A DNA stretch of 64,000 nucleotides. Origin: Spirochaetia bacterium. GTDB lineage: Bacteria > Spirochaetota > Spirochaetia > UBA9216. This document shows positions 19,552-28,836 of the stretch, piece after piece; the stretch's first letter is position 1, and every line of letters starts with the position of its first letter. Made by a program: the position numbers and the translations under genes. The notes under the pieces are model-generated. The model was not told where the DNA came from and ran no database searches. It saw nothing but the letters and a program-made list of their open reading frames with translations. The stretch covers positions 704,001 to 768,000 of the forward strand of contig OZ223269.1 in the NCBI GenBank assembly GCA_965140585.1. The letters run 5' to 3'.

Positions 19552-22260
19552 TTATTTTTCGGTAAGGTTGTATACACCATCCCAGTTTGCACGCGGCGGT
19601 TCCTTTATATATTTCTCACATCGATCAAGGTAATATAATGAAGGTCCGTCATCTGATGTAATTTTTAGAGCCTGTCTGAATAACTTTTCTGCTCCTGTCC
19701 AGTTTCTATCTTCAAAAGTAGTGAGTCCTTCTTCGAATATCTGAAGTAATTCCTTTTTCTCTTTTGTAAGCTGTGATTTTTCTTCAACCAGCTCATACAG
19801 CCGAACTGGAGTATTTATACCGACTACACGGACGCGGTCTAGTCTCCTTGTTGCAAACTCTTTACCGACGGCTTCATAGGTTGAATCACTTATAAGCAGC
19901 CAGGTTCCGTAGCGTTTGTTCACGCCTTCAAGTCTGGCCGCCAGATTGACAGCATTGCCCATCATAGTGTAATCCATCTTTTTGGCTGTCCCCATGTTTC
20001 CAACAACCATATCGCCAGTATTCAGTCCTATCCTGGTTAACAGCGGATTTGGACTTAAATTTTTATCCTCAATTTTTTTATTCATTATCGCTTCAGCTCT
20101 CTTCATCTCAATTGAAGCCAGGCATGCCTTATAAGCATGATCGGCAAAATCTGTAGGTGCCCCGAAGAATGAAATTATTGCATCACCTTCAAACTTATCA
20201 ATTGTTCCATGCCTGTCCATAATAATGTCCGACATCTTTGTTAGATACATATTCAGAAGGTTTACTAAATCGGTTGGATCCATTGCTTCTGAAATTGTTG
20301 AAAATCCTTTGACGTCTGTAAAAAGAGCTGTAAGATTCTTTTTTTCACCGCCAAGATTCAGCTTTTCAGGATTATCCAATAGATCGTTTATAACCTCGTT
20401 TGACAAATACTGACCGAAGGCGCTTCTAATAAAGGTTTTTTCTTTGGATGTAGAAAGGAAGTTTACTATAGTAAGTATTACAAAACTGGATGAAATAGTC
20501 ATAACAGGAGTAAGTACTGGAAAGTAATTTCCAGTTAAAGAGAAAACCAGCAGTCCGGAGAAAAATATGAAAATGATGAAACCGAAACCGGTTAGAATTG
20601 AAGGTACAGGGTTCAGCATTATCTTGATTCTATAGTAAATAAGGACAAGAATTACCGCCGCTATAATTGAAACCCATTGAGGGAGAATATCGACAAAATC
20701 ATGATTAAGAAGAGCATTCGCAATTGATGCATGTGTACCAACGTTATCATAGGTTGCATCGAATGGATTTACACCTCGATCAGTGGTCGCCGTGCCGGTC
20801 CATCCTAAATAGCATATCGCTCCATCAAGAGTCGACGAAAGAATTTCACGTGTCTTTATCAGATTGTTTAAAAGTTCGGCAGTTTCTGAAAAGCTGGTTT
20901 GGACTGATATCTTGATTTCTGAATATCGTTCTTTTTGAGCTTCCGGAACATTCGGTGAATCAAGAATCTGGTCAATTCGAGCCACTATACTATTTTCAGC
21001 ATCACCACCAAGGAAGTTAGCTGTTTCAGTAAAGAAGTAATCGCGTATGTGCTGATATTCACTGAACTCTTCAGTATCTCCTGATTCAAGCATATCGCTC
21101 TGCAATGACTGGGAGTAGTTATAAATATCAAGGATTGGCATATTCCCCTGATAGTAATTCAGATATCCGGCGTCTTTCATAATTTCAAGATTCTGAACAA
21201 GAAGGGTTTCCTGTCTTTTATGAAGTACTAAATAATAGTAGGAAAGCTGAGTAAAGCTTTCATCAAAATCCTTGCGGGGCCAGTTGATGACGAAATAACC
21301 ATCTTTATCAAGGGGAATAACGAGATCTAGGCTTTCACCATCAGGGAATACAGCATTTTTTAGTACAATCCTGTCTTTATCAGTCTCAATTTCAGGTTCG
21401 CCGAGTATCTTATATACGGCCTGAAAACTGAGCTGCGGAAAAAAAGTATTCTCATATTCCGCTATAAGATTTACTCTGCGTCTTACTCCGTCATTATCAA
21501 TATGAACATTAGGGAATCCGAGACTCGCTGCATTCATGCTTATCTGGTTTACCGCAGGCCGGATATCAATACCTCTTAAAAGTTTTGAATTTTCTTCAGC
21601 TCTAACCTTGATGCCCATATTTTCAATTATCCAGTCTTTTAAATCGGAAGAATATTCGTCCTCTTCCTGGTTGAGTATATTAATTGTAAAAAAGGAGTTT
21701 CCGAAATATGCAGCAGCCTGCCCGAAGTAGGTATCATTATCCCTTGCTACAGATTTTATTTTTTCATAAAGCTCACTTTTAGATGCTATACTCAGGTTAT
21801 TAAGCTGGGCAACGTATTCAGATGCATCAGAAAGACTTATATTTCCTGAGACTATTGCATTAAATAAACCTTCAGTATTACCTGTTATTTCTGCAAACTT
21901 TTCATCAAGCGATTTTGGAATTTCATTATATAGAAATTCACTGTTCAGACCCATTGGGCTTTCTTCAGTGTACTCAATATCAAATACTGCATACTTAGCG
22001 CCCATTTCCTTCATAAGAATGAGGCCATCTGCCATGATTGCCCGGCTCCATGGAAACATCCCCACTTTTGCAATAGCAAGATCGTCAATATTAAGAAGAA
22101 CGATGTTATCTTTCTCTTCCGGTCCTGGAGTCATTTTCATATAGAGATCCATAAAAAAATGTTCACCATCCCTGTAGAAGGTAAAAATATTCATTAAAGA
22201 GAATAAGATTACGAAGGCCACAGGAATAAGAAAGGCTTTTTGCAGATGTTTTATATTCAT
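19552..22260 (-). CDS. CHASE2-domain class III adenylate/guanylate cyclase
   Basis: N-terminal TM; CHASE2 motifs (IDD, FPWSR, FDI, DNDGVRRR); three TMs; FTDVKGFSTISE, DKFEGDAI, RIGLNTG, DYTMMGNAVNLAARLEG; TPR-like tail; Lys/Asp specificity residues indicate ATP. Confidence 0.93.
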   Translation of the reverse strand: MNIKHLQKAFLIPVAFVILFSLMNIFTFYRDGEHFFMDLYMKMTPGPEEKDNIVLLNIDDLAIAKVGMFPWSRAIMADGLILMKEMGAKYAVFDIEYTEESPMGLNSEFLYNEIPKSLDEKFAEITGNTEGLFNAIVSGNISLSDASEYVAQLNNLSIASKSELYEKIKSVARDNDTYFGQAAAYFGNSFFTINILNQEEDEYSSDLKDWIIENMGIKVRAEENSKLLRGIDIRPAVNQISMNAASLGFPNVHIDNDGVRRRVNLIAEYENTFFPQLSFQAVYKILGEPEIETDKDRIVLKNAVFPDGESLDLVIPLDKDGYFVINWPRKDFDESFTQLSYYYLVLHKRQETLLVQNLEIMKDAGYLNYYQGNMPILDIYNYSQSLQSDMLESGDTEEFSEYQHIRDYFFTETANFLGGDAENSIVARIDQILDSPNVPEAQKERYSEIKISVQTSFSETAELLNNLIKTREILSSTLDGAICYLGWTGTATTDRGVNPFDATYDNVGTHASIANALLNHDFVDILPQWVSIIAAVILVLIYYRIKIMLNPVPSILTGFGFIIFIFFSGLLVFSLTGNYFPVLTPVMTISSSFVILTIVNFLSTSKEKTFIRSAFGQYLSNEVINDLLDNPEKLNLGGEKKNLTALFTDVKGFSTISEAMDPTDLVNLLNMYLTKMSDIIMDRHGTIDKFEGDAIISFFGAPTDFADHAYKACLASIEMKRAEAIMNKKIEDKNLSPNPLLTRIGLNTGDMVVGNMGTAKKMDYTMMGNAVNLAARLEGVNKRYGTWLLISDSTYEAVGKEFATRRLDRVRVVGINTPVRLYELVEEKSQLTKEKKELLQIFEEGLTTFEDRNWTGAEKLFRQALKITSDDGPSLYYLDRCEKYIKEPPRANWDGVYNLTEK

Positions 22261-22324
22261 AAAAAAATTATAATTTTTAGGTTTTCAAATTGCAAATCAT
22301 TTTTGGTTACATACAATTAATAAT
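22261..22324. promoter_or_regulatory. Back-to-back promoters sharing a palindromic -35 (TTGCAA 22290-22295)
   Basis: Minus: TATAAT at 22272-22267 (17 bp spacer); plus: TACAAT at 22312-22317 (16 bp spacer). Confidence 0.6.
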
Positions 22325-22774
22325 ATGAACAATAGAAAAAATTTTTTACTAATATTGATGATAGCGACAGTTGGAGTTGTCTTCTCTCAATCAAATGATC
22401 TGATTGACGAAACACTTTCACAGATACAACTGAGCTGTGGTAACGGTGCATATCTTGCACTTACCGCTGCAGGTTTGATCAGCGAAAACTCAACAGATGA
22501 AGAAGCTGTGTCCTTTTTAAAACAGGAAGGCTGGATTGGAAAATCACGCAGTGCTGATGAGCCAATGACTCTTGGTGAATACTCACTGGCCTTAATGAAA
22601 AGCTTCTCAATGCCGGGAGGTATAATGTATACAATCTTCCCATCAGCACGATACGCTTCAAGAGAGTTAGGGTATCTAGGTTACATCAGCAAGGATTCCG
22701 GAGCCTATCGCAGTTTGAGTGGTAGTGAAGCAGTATCCATTCTCGGTCAGATTATAAGGAGCAGAAGCAAATGA
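22325..22774 (+). CDS. Small exported hypothetical protein
   Basis: Signal peptide (VGVVFSQ); GGIMYTIFPSARYASREL segment; function unknown. Confidence 0.75.
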   Translation: MNNRKNFLLILMIATVGVVFSQSNDLIDETLSQIQLSCGNGAYLALTAAGLISENSTDEEAVSFLKQEGWIGKSRSADEPMTLGEYSLALMKSFSMPGGIMYTIFPSARYASRELGYLGYISKDSGAYRSLSGSEAVSILGQIIRSRSK

Positions 22775-24060
22775 CGAAACGAACAATAATTTTTCTGTTA
22801 CTTATTCGTGTGACGGTAATGGGTATCAGCGCTGCCGATTTCGGGTTAACTACAGATGCTACTTCTTCACTGCCGTATACCAGCGGGACAGATATCGACT
22901 GGACTGGTCTGACTTATACAGTAAAAAGCGCGCTCTGGGCAAACGGACGGCTAAGCGATGAATTGACTGGGGAAGTTCAGGGAGGATTTACGATAACTGA
23001 AAGCCGTGTTTTCCTGTTGGAACTCGATCAGCTTCAGCTTGCCGGAAGTTTTATTTTACCGGGATCCCCTGCAGGAGCGCTTTCTTTTAAAGCCGGGCGT
23101 ATTTCTTTTTCTGAATTCTCGGGCAAGGTTTTTGTGCATACGGGGGATGGAATCAGTTTTGAATATGGACTGCCCGGTATGAGTATGTCAGCTTTCGGAG
23201 CTTATACCGGACTACTGCAGGGACCTTCATCGACCATCTTGATGAATAATTCGGATGTTGCCGCTCAGGCAGTAACCCCCTTGCCATTATGGGGTCCGCT
23301 TTCTTCTCCACGAATTGTAGAGGGTGTTTCATTTACATTTCCTGAGCTCTTTGCTCAGCAGACTCTTATTCTGACAGGTATTTTTCAGCAGGATATGAGG
23401 CCGGTTGACGAATTCGTAACCGGTGATTCAGCAATAAATACATTCTATGCAGGATTCGGGCTTATGGGGCCGATTCAGCCGGTCGCTTCACTCTTCTACA
23501 GTATATACGGATACGGTAATACCGGCTGGTATGGCAGCAATACTATCCTTTCATACATTGCTGGTGGCGGAATAAATTATCTTATGCCTAAGTTCCTTTC
23601 GTCACGGTTTGCACTTGAATTTACTTATTCAAGCGGTGATGCCGATCAGTCTGTTTTTTACGAAGGAAATACTGCAGGTTATTCAAACTCCTTCATTCCT
23701 ATAACCCCGGCTCCTGCCGGTTTGGTATTTACCGCTCAGCAGACAAATCTCTTTTATTTGAGCTGCGGCTATTCAATCAAACCGTTTTCTATGACTGGTA
23801 GTGCCGCTCTGCAGAATACAGTGGTTCTTCTGAAAGGCATTGGTTTTTTCAGGAGCACAACGGGGGCAATAAGCACTGGCGGAGTAAAAACCGGAGAAAC
23901 TGGACTGTATCTTGGTACAGAGGCAGATTTAAGTATAATGGCAAGGTTTCTGTCTGATTTAGGCTTTTCATTGTCGGGCGGAGTCTTCTTTCCGTCAGAT
24001 ATAATGGAGACTACTTCGCCTCAGATTAAAGCAACTGTAGCTGTATCATTATCGATGTAG
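22771..24060 (+). CDS. Predicted outer-membrane beta-barrel protein
   Basis: Signal peptide; alternating hydrophobic strands rich in G/F/Y; YSSGD, YLGTEADL, SGGVFFP; terminal strand ATVAVSLSM; ATGA overlap with upstream gene. Confidence 0.72.
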   Translation: MTKRTIIFLLLIRVTVMGISAADFGLTTDATSSLPYTSGTDIDWTGLTYTVKSALWANGRLSDELTGEVQGGFTITESRVFLLELDQLQLAGSFILPGSPAGALSFKAGRISFSEFSGKVFVHTGDGISFEYGLPGMSMSAFGAYTGLLQGPSSTILMNNSDVAAQAVTPLPLWGPLSSPRIVEGVSFTFPELFAQQTLILTGIFQQDMRPVDEFVTGDSAINTFYAGFGLMGPIQPVASLFYSIYGYGNTGWYGSNTILSYIAGGGINYLMPKFLSSRFALEFTYSSGDADQSVFYEGNTAGYSNSFIPITPAPAGLVFTAQQTNLFYLSCGYSIKPFSMTGSAALQNTVVLLKGIGFFRSTTGAISTGGVKTGETGLYLGTEADLSIMARFLSDLGFSLSGGVFFPSDIMETTSPQIKATVAVSLSM

Positions 24061-24082
24061 CAGAATAAACGGAGGAAAAGTA

Positions 24083-25042
24083 ATGAAAACATTCAGATTC
24101 TATTTAATAATTATATGTCTTGTTTTTATAACGAATTTTTTATATAGCACAGATTTAAAGGCCATTGTACAGGAAGCGAACGGTAAGGTTGAAGTAAAAA
24201 GAGGAGGCGCGGCATGGGAATCGGTAAAGGTTGGTGATATTTTGTCTTCCGGAGACAGTATTTCAACCGGTTTTAACTCAAAAGCCGTGCTCGTCCTGGG
24301 CGATACCTCAGTCCTTGTAGCGAAGGATCTTACAAGGCTTACGCTTGCCGAACTATATGAGAAGGAAGGAACGGTTGTGACCGATCTTTTTCTCGATATA
24401 GGAAATATTAGGGCTGAGGTTCATTCAAGCGATGAAGTTTCCAACGATTTTCAAGTTAGGAACGCCAATTCGACCGCATCGGTCAGGGGGACGGTCCTCG
24501 ATGTTGCAATACTCGGCGACGGCCGGGGGATGAAAGTAATGGCTTGGGATGGTATGGCTCTGGTTACGGACATCCGTTCTGGTAGAAAGGCTCAGGTTGG
24601 AGAAGCTAAAAAGAAGAAGGATGAAAAAGCCGGCCAGGATTCCGAAGAATCCGGAGACGGAGAAAGTGAAGATAGCGGGAGTGGAGAATCCGGTTCTGAT
24701 GATGGAACAGATTCTGAAGGCGGCGGGTCAGGTGCGGACAGCGAAACTGGAGCAGCAAATATGGGAATGCCTTCGGAACCTCCGGCGGAAATAGCTGCAG
24801 CGCCGCTTATGGCAAGCGGGAATGGTGGCGGAATGGTGTCGTCCATGGCTTCTGCAATAGCAGCATCAACCGTAACAGTAAGTACTAAACCTCCTTCACC
24901 TGCAGTTATTTCTACCGGCGGTGGTACCTCGGCATCGACTGAAACAGCAGCGGCAGCCGTAGTTGAAGAAATAATCGGAGGAACAACACTTCCTGTAATT
25001 ACAACTAGCTCTGTAAGCATTCAGGTTGTATGGCCGGAATAG
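24083..25042 (+). CDS. FecR-domain protein with long acidic Gly/Ser linker and C-terminal beta-strand
   Basis: GKVEV...GDILSSGDSISTG.NSKAVL, FQVRNANSTASVRGT FecR motifs; low-complexity second half; ends SSVSIQVVWPE. Confidence 0.85.
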   Translation: MKTFRFYLIIICLVFITNFLYSTDLKAIVQEANGKVEVKRGGAAWESVKVGDILSSGDSISTGFNSKAVLVLGDTSVLVAKDLTRLTLAELYEKEGTVVTDLFLDIGNIRAEVHSSDEVSNDFQVRNANSTASVRGTVLDVAILGDGRGMKVMAWDGMALVTDIRSGRKAQVGEAKKKKDEKAGQDSEESGDGESEDSGSGESGSDDGTDSEGGGSGADSETGAANMGMPSEPPAEIAAAPLMASGNGGGMVSSMASAIAASTVTVSTKPPSPAVISTGGGTSASTETAAAAVVEEIIGGTTLPVITTSSVSIQVVWPE

Positions 25043-25061
25043 GCTGGCAAGGTTGAACCGA

Positions 25062-26375
25062 ATGAAAACAAGACTAAATTTAATTATTTTAATAATTACA
25101 GTTATCCTGATTGGCTCCTGTAATCCGCTTATTATAGAGGAGCCTAATCTTAGCTATGTATCAATAGATACAGGGATAACACTTGGCTTTGCTGGCAGTA
25201 GGGCTTCTGTGAGTGATGTGGCATCTTTCCGACTAAAGGTTGAAGCTTCGGACATGGAAGAAATTGAGCAGACTTACACCGAAAGTATTATTAACATAAA
25301 AGTGGAAGCCGGAAGCGGACGAACTTTTACACTGACAGCTTTTGATGCAATCGGAAACAATCTGTTTTCCGGTAGCAGTAAAGTTGATCTTGTTGCAGGA
25401 CAATCTGCTGAAATAGTTATAACAATGGATTATTCCGGTTTCTACGTCATTTTCAACACTAACGGTGGAGGAACCATCTCGACAAAGTATGTTGAAAGCG
25501 GTGGAATCCTGACTACTCCAACAGTACCTGTAAAAACAGGTTATGCATTTGGAGGTTGGTATTCAGATGCTGACTTTATTGCATTATGGAACTTCAGTAC
25601 AGATACAGTTAATTCTGATGTAACTCTGTATGCCAAATGGACTGCAAACACATATTCTTTAACCTTTGATGGTAACGGTTCTTCCGGTGGAGCAATGACA
25701 AACCTTTCTGTTGATTATGATGGGACTGTTTCTCTGACATCCAACGGATATACTTTAACTGGGTATACGTTTATAGGATGGAACACTGCAAGTAATGGAT
25801 CAGGCATTTACTATGCTGATACTGCCAGCTATACACATACAACAGCAGGAAACATTACTCTATATGCTCAGTGGCAGGTTCTTCCAAGTCTGAATTTTAT
25901 CCAGACTGATGTTCTTGGTAGTACATCGCCTTATACAGGATGGAACTGGACGCGATATAATGATACTGTTAATTCAAATAGTTTTTTGATTACACCCAGC
26001 AGCTCTGCAAATTATTATACTATAGAGGTTTCTGATGGTACTGAAACTGTATTTACAAGTATTCAGCTTTATGATACCGGAAACTGGAGTACCGCTACAA
26101 TTAATTTCTATGCTTATTCTAACGGAGTTCAAACCGGTTCTGAAACTTATACAGGCGATGTTCCATATGCAACTGGGGGATATAAACATACTTTCAGTGA
26201 TACAGCTTTCAGTAATGCCGATATGATAGTTATTCAACCGTTGCAATCTGATGGAACATCCCCGACTCCTATATGTCTTGATGATATTATTACCGATTTG
26301 TTTGGTACGATAGATTTTGAAACAACAACCGGGCTAAGCGGGACTAGTACACCAACCGTGACTTATACACCTTAA
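25062..26375 (+). CDS. Lipoprotein with two InlB B-repeat (Flg_new) domains and a unique C-terminal domain
   Basis: Start placed at ATG 25062; lipobox IGSC; FNTNGG...PVKTGYAFGGWY...TLYAKW and a second repeat GYTFIGWNT...TLYAQW. Confidence 0.82.
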   Translation: MKTRLNLIILIITVILIGSCNPLIIEEPNLSYVSIDTGITLGFAGSRASVSDVASFRLKVEASDMEEIEQTYTESIINIKVEAGSGRTFTLTAFDAIGNNLFSGSSKVDLVAGQSAEIVITMDYSGFYVIFNTNGGGTISTKYVESGGILTTPTVPVKTGYAFGGWYSDADFIALWNFSTDTVNSDVTLYAKWTANTYSLTFDGNGSSGGAMTNLSVDYDGTVSLTSNGYTLTGYTFIGWNTASNGSGIYYADTASYTHTTAGNITLYAQWQVLPSLNFIQTDVLGSTSPYTGWNWTRYNDTVNSNSFLITPSSSANYYTIEVSDGTETVFTSIQLYDTGNWSTATINFYAYSNGVQTGSETYTGDVPYATGGYKHTFSDTAFSNADMIVIQPLQSDGTSPTPICLDDIITDLFGTIDFETTTGLSGTSTPTVTYTP

Positions 26376-26390
26376 TTTTAAGTATTAAAA

Positions 26391-26435
26391 TTCAAATCAG
26401 GGGATATCTGAAAATATCAGGTGTCCCCTTTTGAA
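26391..26435 (+). terminator. Stem-loop between the paralogous lipoprotein genes
   Basis: AGGGGATATCTGA / TCAGGTGTCCCCT (G-U pairs) followed by TTT. Confidence 0.6.
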
Positions 26436-26510
26436 TAATCATTATTGAATTAAAATTAATTATACGTCTGTATTTTTCTGTTATCAGTATCTTTATACAG
26501 AGGAGAGCTA

Positions 26511-27614
26511 ATGAAAACAAAACCGTTTTTAATATTTATAATAATTGTGGTTATTATAGCCGGTTCCTGTAGTCCTTTTATCATGGAGGAGATTAATCTA
26601 AGCAAAGTATCGATAGATACCGGAATAATGCTTTCATCTGCCGGCAGCAGGGCTGCAGCAGGCGATGTGGTTTTATTCCGGCTAAAAGTGGAAGCGGATG
26701 ACATGGAAACTATTGAAAAAGAATTCACAGAGAGTGAGATAAGCCTTGATGTGAAAGCCGGCGCTTCACGCACATTTACCCTGGAGGCTCTTGATGCAGA
26801 TGACAACAAACTATTCTCCGGTGGTTCTACGAAAACTTTGACTGCCGGTCAGTCTGTTTCAGTTAGTATAACGATGGATTATTCTGGTTTTTATGTCAGT
26901 TTTAATACAGACGGAGCAGGAACCATCTCGACGCAGTATGTTGCAAGCGGCGGACTTGTAACTGCACCGACAGAACCTGTAAAAACAGGATACACATTCG
27001 GCGGCTGGTATACAGATGCTGCCTTTACTACAGCTTGGAATTTGGCTTCAAGTATTGTCAATTCTGATATAACGCTTTATTTGAAATGGAATCTTCTTGC
27101 AGTCGGGAACATTGGACCAAGCGGAGGTTATGTTTTTTACGACAAGGGAGCATATTCTGACGGTTGGCGTTATATTGAAGCCTACCCAGTAGATTTATAT
27201 AATTCAATTGCCGCTGATTATTGGTTTTACTTTGCAAATGCTCAAAATGGTTATGATGTTACAACAACTACATCAGCAATTGGCTCTGGTTTGGAAAATA
27301 CTGCATTAATAGTGGCACAAAGGGAAACAGCAAATCCTTCAATTGATTCCAATACAGCAGCTCAAGTATGTGATACCGCTAACAGTTACGGTTATTCTGA
27401 TTGGTTCCTGCCCTCGTATAATGAGCTATACTTGATGTATTCAGAATTGCATTTAAACAGTTTAGGATCCTTTACTGATACATCATACTGGAGTTCAACA
27501 GATACAGAGAATGACGATTGTGCATGGGCATTAAATTTTTCAAACGGGTCAGGCGCTTCCGGTGGGAACTGGCATTCGAACGGCGGTTATGTGAGGCCTG
27601 CAAGACGATTTTGA
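26511..27614 (+). CDS. Lipoprotein paralog with one InlB B-repeat and a DUF1566/Lcl-like (C-lectin fold) C-terminal domain
   Basis: Lipobox AGSC; GPSGGYVFYDKG..SDGWRYIEA; GYSDWFLPSYNEL, YWSST, AW..NF, YVRPARRF. Confidence 0.82.
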   Translation: MKTKPFLIFIIIVVIIAGSCSPFIMEEINLSKVSIDTGIMLSSAGSRAAAGDVVLFRLKVEADDMETIEKEFTESEISLDVKAGASRTFTLEALDADDNKLFSGGSTKTLTAGQSVSVSITMDYSGFYVSFNTDGAGTISTQYVASGGLVTAPTEPVKTGYTFGGWYTDAAFTTAWNLASSIVNSDITLYLKWNLLAVGNIGPSGGYVFYDKGAYSDGWRYIEAYPVDLYNSIAADYWFYFANAQNGYDVTTTTSAIGSGLENTALIVAQRETANPSIDSNTAAQVCDTANSYGYSDWFLPSYNELYLMYSELHLNSLGSFTDTSYWSSTDTENDDCAWALNFSNGSGASGGNWHSNGGYVRPARRF

Positions 27615-27730
27615 TTCTTGATGAATAAACAGAACCGGATTGAAATAGAAGGACAGGTATCCTTTCGTAAAATGATTTCAGCAGGTTGAATACTTGCTGA
27701 AATCTGTATTTACATTTAAAAATAAAGGGA

Positions 27731-28780
27731 ATGAATATCAAGACTAAAAAAATAATTCTCGTTGTTCTTCTTATTGTTATCCTTGCTTCAATACTTTATT
27801 TTGGGCTTAAATCTCATGGAAGTTTTTTGTTTAATAATATCGAAGCAAACGGAAAAGACGGGTTGATAATTAGTAATTATTCGATAATATTTACAGAAAG
27901 CGGAATCCTGCCGAATTTCCCTGAGAAGGATTGTTTTTCGATATCAATATCTTTCAAGGCAGAAAGCTTAACTGAAAAAAGATTTCAATTTATAATGGTT
28001 GTGACGGACGGAAATCCACAAAAGCAGTTTCTTGTAGGGCAGTATCTTGATACTCTTGTAATCATGAACGGAACAGATTACGGCAACTATAAACGTGAAC
28101 CGAAAATATATCTGAAAATGGATGAGTCTGCGGAAGAGATCCTGCTGGAAATTGAATCTGCTCATAACAATATAAATATCAGCTTTAACGGAAAATCAGT
28201 GAAAAAGTCAGAGAGTATCGGTTTTTCACTACCTCTGGATACAAATAAGGCAAGGCTGATACTTGGAAACAGTCCATCAGGACGTAATCCATGGGCTGGA
28301 ACTATAAAAAATATTGAAATATTCAATTTCGGTGAGACAAATCCTGTGCTTGCATATTCTTTTAACAGTACAATAAGAAATAATCAAATATTGCCGTCTT
28401 CCGGTAATTATCCACTTGTTATTCCTGAAATGATAAAAGAATTGTATCCGGTTTATCTTCAGTTTCCGGGAGCGGAAATTTTATTTTCGAAAAATCTTCA
28501 GCGTGATGTGATAATAAATCTTATTGGGTTTATACCGCTCGGTTTAATTTTAACTCCAGGATGGTATTTATTCACTAAAAGGAAGTACGGATTCTTGATA
28601 GTTGTTTTTATATCATTTGGAACTAGCTTTTTTATAGAGATCAGTCAGGTATTGATACCTGGACGCAATTCATCATCACTCGATCTTCTTTTGAATACAG
28701 CCGGCGGATGTTTGGGTTATTTATTATTTAATACATATTCAAAAATTAGAGAGCATTTCGAAAGCCTGAAAGCTGGATAA
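27731..28780 (+). CDS. VanZ-family membrane protein with LamG-like extracytoplasmic domain
   Basis: LILGNS..G.NPWAGTI; DVIINLIGFIPLG, SFFIEISQVLIPGR.SS.LDLLLNTAGG. Confidence 0.8.
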   Translation: MNIKTKKIILVVLLIVILASILYFGLKSHGSFLFNNIEANGKDGLIISNYSIIFTESGILPNFPEKDCFSISISFKAESLTEKRFQFIMVVTDGNPQKQFLVGQYLDTLVIMNGTDYGNYKREPKIYLKMDESAEEILLEIESAHNNINISFNGKSVKKSESIGFSLPLDTNKARLILGNSPSGRNPWAGTIKNIEIFNFGETNPVLAYSFNSTIRNNQILPSSGNYPLVIPEMIKELYPVYLQFPGAEILFSKNLQRDVIINLIGFIPLGLILTPGWYLFTKRKYGFLIVVFISFGTSFFIEISQVLIPGRNSSSLDLLLNTAGGCLGYLLFNTYSKIREHFESLKAG

Positions 28781-28792
28781 AGCAGGTATGAA

Positions 28793-28817
28793 AGGGCTGA
28801 CTTTAACCGTCAGCCCT
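28793..28817. terminator. Hairpin between convergent genes
   Basis: AGGGCTGAC / GTCAGCCCT 9-bp stem. Confidence 0.65.
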
Positions 28818-28836
28818 GAATAAATAATTGGTAAAC

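Noticed and set aside
24600-24960. Low-complexity GA-rich stretch as a tandem DNA repeat
   Set aside because: Explained by the Gly/Ser/Glu/Ala linker of the FecR protein; no exact periodic unit
26373-27704. Hairpins after the lipoprotein genes as integron attC sites
   Set aside because: No convincing RYYYAAC/GTTRRRY ends, the hairpins are dissimilar, and no integrase is present
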